Origin: Vampirovibrionales bacterium
GTDB taxonomy: Bacteria > Cyanobacteriota > Vampirovibrionia > Vampirovibrionales > JAJTHC01
NCBI GenBank assembly: GCA_044371965.1
Contig: JBILSS010000002.1
Location: 1 to 47,737 of the forward strand
Direction: 5' to 3'
Length of the DNA stretch: 47,737 nucleotides
Shown here: positions 17,314-27,587 of the stretch, in pieces
Layout: the number at the start of each line of letters is the position of its first letter
Position numbering within the stretch: position 1 is the first letter of the stretch
The notes under the pieces: model-generated
Database searches by the model: none
Seen by the model: the letters and a program-made list of their open reading frames with translations, nothing else
Told to the model about the DNA's origin: nothing
Made by a program: the position numbers and the translations under genes

Positions 17314-18933
17314 CTATAATTTAGAACCGCCCTGATTTTTGACGATGAATCCAAAGAGCTTGGGGCTAAAGAAGTCCCACCAACGCCCCTTACCAACCGT
17401 TTCTAGCAGGGTTTTGCTGTCATGCAAGCTATTGTCGCCTTGGCTAAATAGCACAACGCCTTTTTGCGTAAAAGGTAACCAGTCAAACAGAAATGCCTTG
17501 CCAAAGGTTTTGATTTGGCTAAATTGTAAAATCCCTTCACTGCCGTTGCGAAAGCCTGGCCCTGACTGCTTAAAGCCTCGCCACGCCACGTGAGGGAACG
17601 TATAAAACATAAAGTGCAAGTCGTTAATGCCGATATTGGCGACATCCAACTGCTTGCCGAGCCATTCCGCTTGCTTGGGCTTACCAAAAATACTCACCCC
17701 TAAGCCATAAGGCGAGGCGTTGATTTCTTCAATGACGTGATTTAAATCGTCGTACGTAAACACAGGCAGGATCGGTCCAAAGACTTCTTCGGTGACGATG
17801 CGAGCGTCTTTCGGGGGATTGATCACCAGCATTGGCGTTAAAAAGGACGCATGAGCTTCGTTGGCTTCTTCCACTTGGGTTGGCTGCCCGTAAATCGGCG
17901 TGATGCCCTTGTCTAACGCGTCTTGCCATTGGGCATTTAAGATTGCCTGTTGAGCCGTGTCAATCACAGGCCCAAGATGCGTCGACGGATCAAAGGGATC
18001 TCCCACCCGCAGTTGAGACAATTTCGCCACGAGTAATTCTTGCACAATCGGCAATAAATTGGTAGGAACATACAATTTTTTAATGGCGGCACAGGTTTGC
18101 CCTGCATTGGCGTAACGCCCTAAAATCGCATGAGCCACCACGGCATCGAGCGAGTAACGCTCCGCAGAAGGCAGAATCACCATGGCATCGGAACCGCCCA
18201 ATTCCAGAGAGCAAGGGATGTTTCGCTTGGCACAGCTTACTTGGATTTGACGCCCCACGGCTTCACTCCCTGTAAAAAAGACAAAGCTCGTTTCAGGAGC
18301 CTGCACGAGGGCATTACCCACGCTTCCGTCGCCTTGAAAAAGCTGGACGAGATCGGCTGAAAATCCGTGAGCGTGAAGGGCATCTTGAAACAAACGAGCG
18401 AGAAGTTCTCCGCTTTTAGGCGTTTTTTCACTGGGCTTAAACGCCACGGCATTGCCTGCCAACAGGGCATTAGCAATCGCAGGTGTGGGCGTGCCAATGG
18501 GGTAATTCCACGGACTAATCACGCTCACCACGCCATAAGGCACAGGGACTTCTTTAAACACTCTACCGAGCATCAGGCTTTTGAACGAAACTTTGATTTT
18601 GGGGTTGAGTTTTGTCGCATGTCGGATCACATGTTGGATGCCTGCCAACGCCGAAAGAATATCGCCTTGCAAGGCTTCCGCTTGAGGCTTACCCACTTCA
18701 AGGCTCAACGTATGAATGAGCTGCTCCGCTTCAAGGCTTAGGAGCTGTTCCACCTTTTCAAGCACTTGAAGGCGGTGCTTAAGCTTGGTATTCGCCCATG
18801 CTTTTTGAGCCACCTGTGCTTTGTTCAAGCCTTCTTGAATGGCTTGGGGCGTGGCAAAAGGGATCTGAAAGAGTAAGGCTCCTGTGGCGGGGTTAAATTT
18901 TTTGATTTGTTGCAAGGTTTCGTTTTTCGGCAT
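17314..18933 (-). CDS. Aldehyde dehydrogenase family protein
   Basis: FTGSEAVG, the catalytic-Glu region LELGGSDA and the catalytic-Cys region NAGQTCAA. Confidence 0.9.
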   Translation of the reverse strand: MPKNETLQQIKKFNPATGALLFQIPFATPQAIQEGLNKAQVAQKAWANTKLKHRLQVLEKVEQLLSLEAEQLIHTLSLEVGKPQAEALQGDILSALAGIQHVIRHATKLNPKIKVSFKSLMLGRVFKEVPVPYGVVSVISPWNYPIGTPTPAIANALLAGNAVAFKPSEKTPKSGELLARLFQDALHAHGFSADLVQLFQGDGSVGNALVQAPETSFVFFTGSEAVGRQIQVSCAKRNIPCSLELGGSDAMVILPSAERYSLDAVVAHAILGRYANAGQTCAAIKKLYVPTNLLPIVQELLVAKLSQLRVGDPFDPSTHLGPVIDTAQQAILNAQWQDALDKGITPIYGQPTQVEEANEAHASFLTPMLVINPPKDARIVTEEVFGPILPVFTYDDLNHVIEEINASPYGLGVSIFGKPKQAEWLGKQLDVANIGINDLHFMFYTFPHVAWRGFKQSGPGFRNGSEGILQFSQIKTFGKAFLFDWLPFTQKGVVLFSQGDNSLHDSKTLLETVGKGRWWDFFSPKLFGFIVKNQGGSKL

Positions 18934-19032
18934 AGACGTATGACCTTATGTTTTGTTATAGTGTTTTTAGTGTACTTGATATTGACAATTTTGTCACTTT
19001 CTATCGAATACCTTAAGGATTTCACACTGCTG

Positions 19033-19551
19033 ATGAGCCATTTTACAGCCCCTCTTTACTACGATATTTTCCCCACGCCATTCCCGACTACATGGGGATA
19101 CGCACTCGCCTTGATGAGCGAAACAGGCATCACATTTTTGGCGTTTGCTGAAAATAAAATCAACCTAGAGGTGTATCTGAAAGCGTATGCCCCCCTTGCC
19201 AAGCTTGTTACGAAAAACAGTCCACAAGCGGGCTGGGTGCTTGCCTTAAAAACGTGGATACCTCAACGTCAAACAGAGATTAAGCTACCTTTAGATGCTC
19301 ACGGCACGCCCTTTCAAAAAGCAGTTGGGCAGGCGTTGAGCGAGATTCCTTATGGTGAAACGTGTTCTTATAGCGAACTGGCTGAACGCATCGGCAAGCC
19401 AACGGCGGTGCGAGCCGTGGCATCGGCGTGTGGGAAGAATCCGCTGGCGGTGCTGGTGCCGTGTCATCGGGTGCTAGGCAAGGGCGGTCAACTCAGGGGC
19501 TTTCGTTGGGGACTTTCGATGAAAAAAGCCCTGCTAGACGCTGAAACGTAA
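19033..19551 (+). CDS. ogt: Methylated-DNA--protein-cysteine methyltransferase
   Basis: Active site VPCHRV and IPYGETCSYSELA. I prefer the ATG at 19033 (MSHFTAP...) because the track start at 18907 would overlap the divergent ALDH gene. Confidence 0.85.
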   Translation: MSHFTAPLYYDIFPTPFPTTWGYALALMSETGITFLAFAENKINLEVYLKAYAPLAKLVTKNSPQAGWVLALKTWIPQRQTEIKLPLDAHGTPFQKAVGQALSEIPYGETCSYSELAERIGKPTAVRAVASACGKNPLAVLVPCHRVLGKGGQLRGFRWGLSMKKALLDAET

Positions 19552-19633
19552 CATATCTTAAATTTCTGTGTCTTTTTTGAGCGTTTGTTATAAAATAGGT
19601 CTATAAATGTATTGATGTGAAGGAAAACGCAAG

Positions 19634-22153
19634 ATGATGGCAGCCACTCCAAGAAACGAACGCCCCTTTGGTGACGGTAAAATTCAAGGTATTTCCATTC
19701 ACGAAGAGATGAGACGCTCTTATATCGATTACGCCATGTCCGTTATCGTCGGGCGTGCCTTGCCTGATGTGCGTGACGGCTTAAAGCCTGTGCATCGACG
19801 CATTTTGTACGCCATGCATGAGATTGGCTTGGCACCTGAAAAATCGTTTAAAAAGTGTGCGAAAGTGGTCGGTGAAGTCTTGGGTAAGTATCACCCCCAC
19901 GGCGATACATCCGTTTACGATGCCTTGGTGCGTATGGCACAGAGCTTTGCGATGCGTTACCCTGTCATCAACGGTCACGGCAACTTTGGAAGCATCGAAG
20001 GCGACAATGCGGCTGCCATGCGATACACCGAATGTAAATTGCAAGCCGTTGCTGTGCCGATTCTGCAAGATATTGAGCAAGACACCGTCGATTTTGTGCC
20101 GAACTACGACGGCAGTGAAGAAGAGCCGAGCGTTTTGCCGACTCGCTTGCCGATGTTGCTCTTAAACGGCTCAGGTGGTATCGCTGTTGGGATGGCGACG
20201 AATATTCCGCCTCATAACATGAGTGAAGTTATTGATGGCACGGTTGCCATGATTGACAACCCTAAAATGAGCAACGACGGCTTATATCAATACATTAAAG
20301 GTCCAGATTTCCCTACGGGTGGGCAAATTGTGGGGACCGCTGGGATTCGTGAAGCGTTTAAAACAGGGCGTGGATCCGTAAAAATGCGAGCCGTGGTAAG
20401 CATTGAGCAAATTCCTGGTGGCAAAGGGCGTCAAGAATGTACCGCCATTATCGTCACCGAGATTCCTTATCAAGTCAACTTGACGACACTCACTGAAAAA
20501 ATCGCTGAACTCGTGCGAGACAAAAAAATCGAAGGCATTCGTGACTTGCGGAACGAAAGTGATCGGGACGGCTTGCGTTTGGTGATTGAACTCAAGCGAG
20601 ATGCCAAGCCTGATGTCGTGAAAAACAACCTTTTCAAATACACCCAGCTTCAAACCACCTTTGGTGTGAATATGCTGGCGTTGGTGAACAATCAGCCTCG
20701 TTTATTGTGTATGACCGATATTTTGAGCGAATTTATTGAGCATCGTGTGGATGTTGTCGTCAAACGCACCAAGTTTGAATTGCGTAAAGCCGAAGCCAAA
20801 GCTCACATTTTAGCAGGTTTATTGATCGCCTTGGGTGATTTAGACGCCATTATCGCCTTGATTCGTGGCGCCAACAGCACTGAAATTGCTCGTGCTGGCT
20901 TGATTGAACGTTATAGCTTAGATTTAGAGCAAGCCAATGCGATTCTAGAAATGCAATTGCGTCGTTTAACAGGCTTAGAGCGTGAAAAGATTACCAACGA
21001 ATACGACAGCTTGCGTGCGGCGATTGAAGAATACAAGTCCATTTTGGCGGATCGTCAAAAAGTCTTGTCTATTATTAAAGAAGAACTCCTTGAACTCAAA
21101 GATCGCTTTGGGGATGCTCGTGTGACGAAAATCATCCCTGATGAAGGCGATATGTCCATGGAAGATCTCACACCCAACGATGAAATGGCGGTCTTTATCA
21201 CCGAAAAAGGCTACATTAAACGTGTGCCGTTGGATACCTTTGAGCGTCAAAACCGTGCCACTCGTGGCAAGGGGGCGATGAAGACTCGTGAAGAAGACGA
21301 TGTCACGCATTTCTTCACCGCTGGTATGCACAATCATTTGTTGTTCTTCACCAGCCGAGGCGTGGCTCATTCGTTGAAGGTCTACGAATTGCCCGAAGGC
21401 AGTCGTCAATCGAAAGGCTTGGCGTTGATTAACCTCTTGCCTTTAGAGCAAGACGAACGCATTACGGCTGTTGTCCCTGTCATTGAGTTTAGCGACAATG
21501 CCTATTTGGTGATGCTCACGAAATATGGCTGGATTAAGCGGATTGAGCTTTCTAACTTTGAAAACATTCGACGCAACGGCTTAATTGCGATTAACCTTGA
21601 AGACGGCGACGTGCTGAACTGGGTGAAAACGGCGGAAGAAAGCAATACCGTCTTTATTTCCACCAAAATGGGTATGGCGATTCGCTTCCAAGCGACGGAT
21701 TTGCGTCCGATGGGACGGACGGCTCGTGGAGTGACGTCGATGAAGCTTCGCACTGGCGATGAGATTTGCTCGTTCAGCATGTTACCTGCGGATAGCTTGG
21801 AAGATGCGACCGAGATTCTGTTCATCACCAATGACGGTTACGGCAAGCTGGTTCGTGCCAGTGAGTTCCGTAAGCAGGCTCGTGGAGGCATTGGCTTGAT
21901 TTCGACCAAGTTTAAGAATCGTGACAGTCGACTTTCCAGCACGTGTACCGTGAATCATACGCATGAATTAATGATTGCTACCGCCAATGGCGTGGTCGTT
22001 CGTATGGCAGCTTCTAGCATTAGCCAGCAAGGACGCCAAGCCACGGGTGTGCGTATCGTGAACTTGGATTCGGGTGACTTTGTCGCCAACGTCACCAAAA
22101 TTGTCATGCTCGACGTTGATAGCGTTGTCGAAGACGAGAGCGAAGACGTCTAA
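19634..22153 (+). CDS. gyrA: DNA gyrase subunit A
   Basis: The QRDR region [17 protein letters not shown], the AAMRYTE active-site Tyr motif and the C-terminal beta-pinwheel repeats. Confidence 0.97.
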   Translation: MMAATPRNERPFGDGKIQGISIHEEMRRSYIDYAMSVIVGRALPDVRDGLKPVHRRILYAMHEIGLAPEKSFKKCAKVVGEVLGKYHPHGDTSVYDALVRMAQSFAMRYPVINGHGNFGSIEGDNAAAMRYTECKLQAVAVPILQDIEQDTVDFVPNYDGSEEEPSVLPTRLPMLLLNGSGGIAVGMATNIPPHNMSEVIDGTVAMIDNPKMSNDGLYQYIKGPDFPTGGQIVGTAGIREAFKTGRGSVKMRAVVSIEQIPGGKGRQECTAIIVTEIPYQVNLTTLTEKIAELVRDKKIEGIRDLRNESDRDGLRLVIELKRDAKPDVVKNNLFKYTQLQTTFGVNMLALVNNQPRLLCMTDILSEFIEHRVDVVVKRTKFELRKAEAKAHILAGLLIALGDLDAIIALIRGANSTEIARAGLIERYSLDLEQANAILEMQLRRLTGLEREKITNEYDSLRAAIEEYKSILADRQKVLSIIKEELLELKDRFGDARVTKIIPDEGDMSMEDLTPNDEMAVFITEKGYIKRVPLDTFERQNRATRGKGAMKTREEDDVTHFFTAGMHNHLLFFTSRGVAHSLKVYELPEGSRQSKGLALINLLPLEQDERITAVVPVIEFSDNAYLVMLTKYGWIKRIELSNFENIRRNGLIAINLEDGDVLNWVKTAEESNTVFISTKMGMAIRFQATDLRPMGRTARGVTSMKLRTGDEICSFSMLPADSLEDATEILFITNDGYGKLVRASEFRKQARGGIGLISTKFKNRDSRLSSTCTVNHTHELMIATANGVVVRMAASSISQQGRQATGVRIVNLDSGDFVANVTKIVMLDVDSVVEDESEDV

Positions 22154-22881
22154 TGTTAATTCAATCCCCTCGTACGCTTTTACGATATTCTGAAGATCGT
22201 GGGCATACACAACTGGATTGGCTGACTAGCTTTCATACCTTTTCGTTTGGTGAATATAAAGACCCCGACCACCAGAGTTTTGGGCATTTGCGTGTCATCA
22301 ACGATGACATCATCAAAGCCAACAGTGGTTTTGGAACGCATTCCCACCACGACATGGAAATCATTACGCTTGTTTTAAGTGGACAGCTTGAACATAAAGA
22401 TAGCCTAGGTAACGGTTCACTTATTCAAGCAGGTGATGTACAACGCATGACGGCAGGCACGGGCATTCGCCACAGTGAGTTTAACCCCTCTCAAACCGAA
22501 GATGTCCAGCTATTACAAGTGTGGATAATTCCTCACACGAAGGGACTGACCCCAAATTATGAGCAGAAATCCTTTAGCGACAAGGCACAAGCAGGGGCTT
22601 GGTGCTTGCTGGCTTCTGATGACGGTAGAGACGCTTCGGTGAAAGTGCATCAAGATTTATCTTTGTGGGGGACTCAATTGGCGAAGGATGAAAGGCTTGA
22701 CTACTCACTAGAAGAAGGACGAGCCGTATGGCTTCATGTCGCCACAGGAGCAGTGGAAATTAATGGGGAACAACTCCGTGCAGGTGGAGGTATTGGGCTA
22801 GTGGAAACAGGTGCGATCGAGTTGAAGGGACTTGTAGATACATCCCAAGTGTTTTTGTTTGATTTGCAGAACTTTCAATAA
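22153..22881 (+). CDS. Pirin-family protein (YhhW-like quercetin 2,3-dioxygenase)
   Basis: Strong end-to-end resemblance to E. coli YhhW (HTFSFGEY, GFGTHSHHDMEIITLVL, AGTGIRHSEFNPS). Confidence 0.9.
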   Translation: MLIQSPRTLLRYSEDRGHTQLDWLTSFHTFSFGEYKDPDHQSFGHLRVINDDIIKANSGFGTHSHHDMEIITLVLSGQLEHKDSLGNGSLIQAGDVQRMTAGTGIRHSEFNPSQTEDVQLLQVWIIPHTKGLTPNYEQKSFSDKAQAGAWCLLASDDGRDASVKVHQDLSLWGTQLAKDERLDYSLEEGRAVWLHVATGAVEINGEQLRAGGGIGLVETGAIELKGLVDTSQVFLFDLQNFQ

Positions 22882-22905
22882 GACCGTCTTTTCCCACAAA
22901 ATACG

Positions 22906-24717
22906 CTAATCGTCGTCTAAACTTAGCACGGCAACAAAGGCTTCTTGAGGAACTTCTACACGTCCCACCGCCTTCATCCGTTTTTTGCCTTCTTTTTGCT
23001 TTTCAAGCAATTTACGCTTACGGCTAATATCCCCACCATAGCACTTGTCTAGCACGTTCTTACGCATGGCTTTGATGTTGGTTCGAGCAATGACTCGACT
23101 ACCAATCGCCGCTTGAATCGGCACTTCAAACATTTGTTTGGGGATCAACTTCTTGAGCTTTTCCGTCAAAGCACGACCCATGTAAAACGCCTTGTCTTCA
23201 TGGATGATAACACTCAAGGCATCGACGACTTCGCCAGCGAGCATGACATCCAACTTCACCAGCTTAGAACGGCGGTAGTCTAAAAAGGTATAATCCATCG
23301 ACGCATAGCCTTTTGAACGACTTTTAAGGTGATCGTAAAAGTCCGTGACCATTTCGGCTAAAGGCAATTCGTATTCCAAGCTTACCCGTTTTTCGTCGAT
23401 GTAGTTCATATTTTTGAACTCCCCACGGCGATCTTGAGCCAGTTCCATCATGGTGCCGACAAATTCTTGAGGCAACATAATACTGACATGAACATAGGGT
23501 TCTTCAATGAAGTCACGCTTTCCTGCATCAGGCATTTCCGCAGGGTTCGACACATCCAAGACTTCACCCTTCATGGTATGCACCTTGTAGATAACGCTAG
23601 GTGCTGTGCGAATCATGCCGATATTGTATTCTCGTTCAATGCGTTCTTGAATAATTTCCATGTGAAGCAAACCCAAAAAGCCACAACGAAAGCCAAAACC
23701 AAGGGCTTCACTGGTTTCGGGTTCAAAGGTAATGGAAGAATCATTCAATTTAAGTTTGGCTAAGGCTTCTTTTAGTTCGCTGTAATCGTCATTGTCCGCA
23801 GGGTATAATCCACAAAAGACCATGGGGATAGCTTCTTTGTAGCCGTCCAAAGCTTCGCTGGCTTTGGCACGGTTGGTGGTGACGGTATCGCCCACCAACG
23901 CCCCGATTTCTTTAATGGATGCCGCCACATAGCCCACTTCACCTGAATGTAAGATGTCTCGTTTGATTTTCAGCGGAGGTACCAAGGTACCCAGTTCCGC
24001 CACTTCGTAGGATCTTCCGTTTTGCATGAAGTGAATGGTGTCGTTCTTGCGAATTTCGCCGTCAATGACCCGAATATAGGCGATAATACCCATGTAACTG
24101 TCAAAATAACTGTCAAAGACCAAGGCTCGTGTGGGTTTGTCGTCTTCAATCACAGGGGCGGGAATGCGTTCCACCACCGCACGTAAGACGTCTTCAATAC
24201 CGATGCCTGCTTTGGCGGAACATAAAATGGCTTCACTGGCATCAATGCCAATGACGTCTTCAATTTCTTTTTTGACCCGATCGACATCCGCACTGGGCAG
24301 ATCGATTTTGTTGATGACGGGGATGATTTCTAAGTCGGCATCCAACGCCATATAGACGTTCGCGAGCGTCTGGGCTTCAACGCCTTGTGTGGCATCTACC
24401 ACGAGCAAGGCTCCTTCGCAGGCTTCTAATGAGCGTGACACTTCATAGCTAAAGTCCACATGCCCAGGGGTGTCGATGAGGTTCAACACATAGACGGTGT
24501 CGTCATAGGTGAACTCCATGCGAGCCGCATTCAGCTTAATGGTGATGCCTCGTTCCCGTTCTAAATCAAGGGAATCGAGCATTTGTTCTTGCATAATGCG
24601 TTTTTCAATGGTGTTGGTAAACTCAAGCAAGCGATCCGCCAAAGTCGATTTACCGTGATCAATATGGGCAATGATGCAGAAATTACGGATATTCTTATTG
24701 CGTTGCACTTGAATCAT
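22906..24717 (-). CDS. lepA: Elongation factor 4
   Basis: [28 protein letters not shown] and NKID, plus the LepA-specific C-terminal domain. Confidence 0.97.
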   Translation of the reverse strand: MIQVQRNKNIRNFCIIAHIDHGKSTLADRLLEFTNTIEKRIMQEQMLDSLDLERERGITIKLNAARMEFTYDDTVYVLNLIDTPGHVDFSYEVSRSLEACEGALLVVDATQGVEAQTLANVYMALDADLEIIPVINKIDLPSADVDRVKKEIEDVIGIDASEAILCSAKAGIGIEDVLRAVVERIPAPVIEDDKPTRALVFDSYFDSYMGIIAYIRVIDGEIRKNDTIHFMQNGRSYEVAELGTLVPPLKIKRDILHSGEVGYVAASIKEIGALVGDTVTTNRAKASEALDGYKEAIPMVFCGLYPADNDDYSELKEALAKLKLNDSSITFEPETSEALGFGFRCGFLGLLHMEIIQERIEREYNIGMIRTAPSVIYKVHTMKGEVLDVSNPAEMPDAGKRDFIEEPYVHVSIMLPQEFVGTMMELAQDRRGEFKNMNYIDEKRVSLEYELPLAEMVTDFYDHLKSRSKGYASMDYTFLDYRRSKLVKLDVMLAGEVVDALSVIIHEDKAFYMGRALTEKLKKLIPKQMFEVPIQAAIGSRVIARTNIKAMRKNVLDKCYGGDISRKRKLLEKQKEGKKRMKAVGRVEVPQEAFVAVLSLDDD

Positions 24718-24814
24718 GTTTAAACCATACCTTCCCTAAATGTAAGTCCTTGTACATTGTACACAAAACATACGCTTTATGGGAATATATTTTCAAAGCA
24801 TGAAAGCGAAGCGA

Positions 24815-25951
24815 TTATTTTTTCTTACTTTTATACTCATCTGAACGACGCAGATCTTGTTCTATTCGTTCAATAGACCAACCCTTTTTTAAATTATTGG
24901 TGTAGGTTTTTTCTCCAGCAGGGTCAACAGAACGTCCTAGTATTTTCTGATAGGCGGCATCGACGGCTGTTTTTCTATCTTCTTGTGAGTTTTCCAAATC
25001 TAACGGACGATCGTTTTTTTTAACTTCTTTTTCAACAGGTTTTTGGGGTTCTGGTGCTGGTGTCGGAGCTGCTACTGTGGCTGGAGCTGGAGCTGCTACT
25101 ACTGGCGTTGGTGTCGGAGTTGCTACTGTGGCTAGTGTCGGAGCTGCTGCTACTGGAGCTGGTGTCGGAGCTGCTACTGTGGCTGGATCTGGAGCTGCTG
25201 CTACTGTGGCTAGTGTCGGAGTTGCTACTGTTTCTAGATCTGGGGTTGCTTCTACTGTGGCTAGATCTAGTGTTTCCGTTTTTGCGGAAGCTCCTTTTGT
25301 TGCTGCCTCTTCAATTTGCGCCACTTGCGTTTCTTCTTCTTTGATGGCTCGTTGTATATCCGCTTCTTGTAACTTTAACGCAAAAGGTAAGTCATAACGA
25401 GCAATGGAGATATAACTGGCTTTCTTCATATTGACTGATGGATATGGCGTGTTACCAAACTGTTCTTCTTTTCCTGTCTTTTTAAGACGTTCACTCTTCA
25501 CCGATGCTTGAGCAACTTCGTTTAAGCCAGCCTCTTTAAACAATCCGTCATCGACGGTTGAAAAAATTTCTTCATTTGAAATGATGTCGCCCTTCATAAT
25601 GCGGCTTACCATACCTAAAGGATTTGACAAAGCATTACGACTACTGCTTTTTTCAGTGAGATCTGAGGCTGGGGTGCTAGCGACAGTAGACGTATTTTCT
25701 GATGGGGATTGATATTGTTTAGCTAATTCGCCTAGCGTCATAGTGGTATTACTGTTTAACGGAGGCGGTGAAGAGGCTTGGAAATTAGCAATCCCCGTGC
25801 TATTAGAACTAAAATCTAAGAGCGAAGAGTTTGTCGATGTGTTTAATAAATTCGGTGTGGGGGTGTTCCAATATGAACTAGTATTGAGTCCTAAGTTTGG
25901 ATTGTTCACAGTCCCCTGCGGAGCAATGTAAGAGCTTCCCTGTATTGACAT
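24815..25951 (-). CDS. Hypothetical protein with an A/P/T/V-rich tandem-repeat linker and a C-terminal DUF4214-like domain
   Basis: The C-terminus (YQKILGRSVDPAGEKTYTNNLKKGWSIERIEQDLRRSDEY) resembles DUF4214. The central repeats are of the (T/P)P.LATVA type. Confidence 0.6.
   Translation of the reverse strand: MSIQGSSYIAPQGTVNNPNLGLNTSSYWNTPTPNLLNTSTNSSLLDFSSNSTGIANFQASSPPPLNSNTTMTLGELAKQYQSPSENTSTVASTPASDLTEKSSSRNALSNPLGMVSRIMKGDIISNEEIFSTVDDGLFKEAGLNEVAQASVKSERLKKTGKEEQFGNTPYPSVNMKKASYISIARYDLPFALKLQEADIQRAIKEEETQVAQIEEAATKGASAKTETLDLATVEATPDLETVATPTLATVAAAPDPATVAAPTPAPVAAAPTLATVATPTPTPVVAAPAPATVAAPTPAPEPQKPVEKEVKKNDRPLDLENSQEDRKTAVDAAYQKILGRSVDPAGEKTYTNNLKKGWSIERIEQDLRRSDEYKSKKK
25051..25275. 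repeat. Imperfect tandem repeat, about 8.5 copies of a 24/27-nt unit, inside the CDS
   Basis: Units such as ggtgtcggagctgctactgtggct recur head to tail. They are in frame and encode the A/P/T/V-rich linker on the minus strand. Confidence 0.8.
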
Positions 25952-26069
25952 AATGATATTATTCTTCCTATCTTATCTGATTTCTCTGAATATTCCCAAC
26001 AAATATAGCGTGTATAATTAAGAAAAAGAGTTTCTTCCTACGGTTTGCTTCGGCAGGGTCTGATTAAAC

Positions 26070-26098
26070 TTGAGTCCGTTTAAACAAACTGTTACAAT
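26070..26098 (+). promoter_or_regulatory. Candidate sigma70-type promoter upstream of the thiolase-like gene
   Basis: TTGAGT (26070-26075), 17-nt spacer, TACAAT (26093-26098), 21 nt upstream of the ATG at 26120. Confidence 0.35.
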
Positions 26099-26119
26099 CC
26101 TTTACAGAAAGCCCTTCTT

Positions 26120-27334
26120 ATGCCCACCTCTATTTGGATACACGCCACACATCGTAGCTTTTTAGGTAAGTACAAGGGGGCGTTAAGCTCGTTACGAGCA
26201 GACGACTTAGTTGTACAACTATTGAATCATCATGCCCATTTTCGCCCTGAAGCCTTGTACTTAGGCTGTGCCAATCAAGCAGGTGAAGATTCTCGTAATA
26301 TTGCACGTTTGGCGGTTTTGCTTTCGAATCTGCCAGAAACCACACCAGCCGTTACCGTTAATAGTCTTTGTGGAAGCAGTACCCACGCCTTGGAATATGC
26401 CTACTTACAATTGAAAACACAGCGTTTTCAAACCCTGTGGGCAGGCGGCGTCGAACAAATGACCCGCTCCCCTTTGGCGTGCTTGCCGCCACATATTGAC
26501 GAAAACGCGGTTTGGGAAGATAGCACCTTTGGCTGGCGATTTAGGCATCCTGATTTTGACGGAAACGTTGCGGGGCGTTCGATGTTGCATCATGCAGATG
26601 TCATGGGCAAAGATCTTTGTCGTGAACGACTCGATGCGGTTGCCTTACAGTCGCATCGCCGAGCCATTGAACATCAAGCCCTTTCTACTTGTGAATGCCT
26701 TGCCCTTTACGATAGTCAAGGGTTATTACTATTAGAACAAGATGAAGGCGTGCGTCCTAATTTAAGTGCTGAAACCTTGAGTCGCTTAAAGCCTGTCAGA
26801 GAAGGGGGCATTCACACGCCTGCTCATTTGGCTCCTTATGCGGATGGTGTGGCAGGATCGGTGCTTTCCTTACGACAGGCTCCTTTTTGTGAAGAGAGTT
26901 ATGACGAGACGGTCGCCATTGAACTCGTTGACATCGTTCAGATCGCCACCCCCCCTGCTGCCATGCCCTTGGCAGGTTTAGAAGCTCTAAACGCACTGCT
27001 TGAAAAACACGCCGTCACCCTTGATGAGGTTGCTTCTTTTGAGTTTCACGAAGCCTTTGCGTCTGCCTATGTATTGCAGTGTGACGCTTTAGGCTTAGAT
27101 GCCTTTAGCGATAGTCGGCTCAACCGACGAGGGGGTTCCCTTGCTTTGGGTTCGCCTATGGGGGCGACCGCCTTGCGGAGTGTTTGTACGTTGGCTCATC
27201 GTTTACACGGTGAAGGCGACGAGTCACGTCCGTATGGGGTAGCGACGATTAGTGTTGGCATGGGTTTGGGGTCTGCCGTCTTACTCAAGCGACATGATGT
27301 TGGACGTGTTGATAATCATTTTCATACCAATTAA
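26120..27334 (+). CDS. Thiolase-fold protein with a degenerate active site
   Basis: The thiolase N-terminal motif VNSLCGSS (Cys84) is kept. The C-terminal motifs read HEAFA, GGSLALGSPMGAT and ATISVGMGLG instead of NEAFA, GGAIALGHP and C-GGG. The last codons and the stop lie in repeat copy B. Confidence 0.8.
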   Translation: MPTSIWIHATHRSFLGKYKGALSSLRADDLVVQLLNHHAHFRPEALYLGCANQAGEDSRNIARLAVLLSNLPETTPAVTVNSLCGSSTHALEYAYLQLKTQRFQTLWAGGVEQMTRSPLACLPPHIDENAVWEDSTFGWRFRHPDFDGNVAGRSMLHHADVMGKDLCRERLDAVALQSHRRAIEHQALSTCECLALYDSQGLLLLEQDEGVRPNLSAETLSRLKPVREGGIHTPAHLAPYADGVAGSVLSLRQAPFCEESYDETVAIELVDIVQIATPPAAMPLAGLEALNALLEKHAVTLDEVASFEFHEAFASAYVLQCDALGLDAFSDSRLNRRGGSLALGSPMGATALRSVCTLAHRLHGEGDESRPYGVATISVGMGLGSAVLLKRHDVGRVDNHFHTN

Positions 27335-27471
27335 ACGATTAAATAGCGTCTGGCGTCTTCGTTGTCGCTACGATTTTTTTGTTCTGTTATGTACGTCTGT
27401 GTACACGCCTTCACAAAAAATCTAGGCTCCTAGAATAGCCTAATAGCTCATTTTATCTATAAAACACTATA
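27324..27471 (+). repeat. MITE-like repeat, copy B (modules L + core + R1)
   Basis: It begins ataccaattaaacgattaaatagcgtctggcg. Positions 27356-27471 are near-identical to 37886-38002 (2 substitutions and 1 indel). Confidence 0.8.
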
Positions 27472-27533
27472 TCAGATAATAAAGTGTTGATTTGTGAATC
27501 GTGACAACAGCCGACGTCCAAGCACCAGCTCAA

Positions 27534-27581
27534 AAAGGGAGCTAACCAAAACGACTAGCTATAAAAGGAGCTAACCAAAAC
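27534..27581. repeat. Short direct repeat (aaaagg(g)agctaaccaaaac, two copies about 29 nt apart)
   Basis: Seen directly, in the 3' flank of the minus-strand permease gene. Confidence 0.5.
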
Positions 27582-27587
27582 TAAAAA

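Noticed and set aside
18907-19032. N-terminal 42-aa extension of ogt given by the ORF track.
   Set aside because: It would overlap the divergent ALDH gene start and encodes a hydrophobic, non-conserved peptide. The ATG at 19033 gives a normal-length Ogt.
25051-25275. Considered whether the tandem repeats could be a CRISPR array.
   Set aside because: The units are contiguous with no unique spacers, are 24/27 nt and in frame within a CDS, and no cas genes are nearby.
25054-25397. Plus-strand ORFs translating to L/E/W-rich or G/A/V/T-rich repeats (25054-25344 and 25077-25397).
   Set aside because: These are antisense or out-of-frame readings of the 24/27-nt tandem repeat. The minus-strand frame continues into a recognisable DUF4214-like C-terminus.
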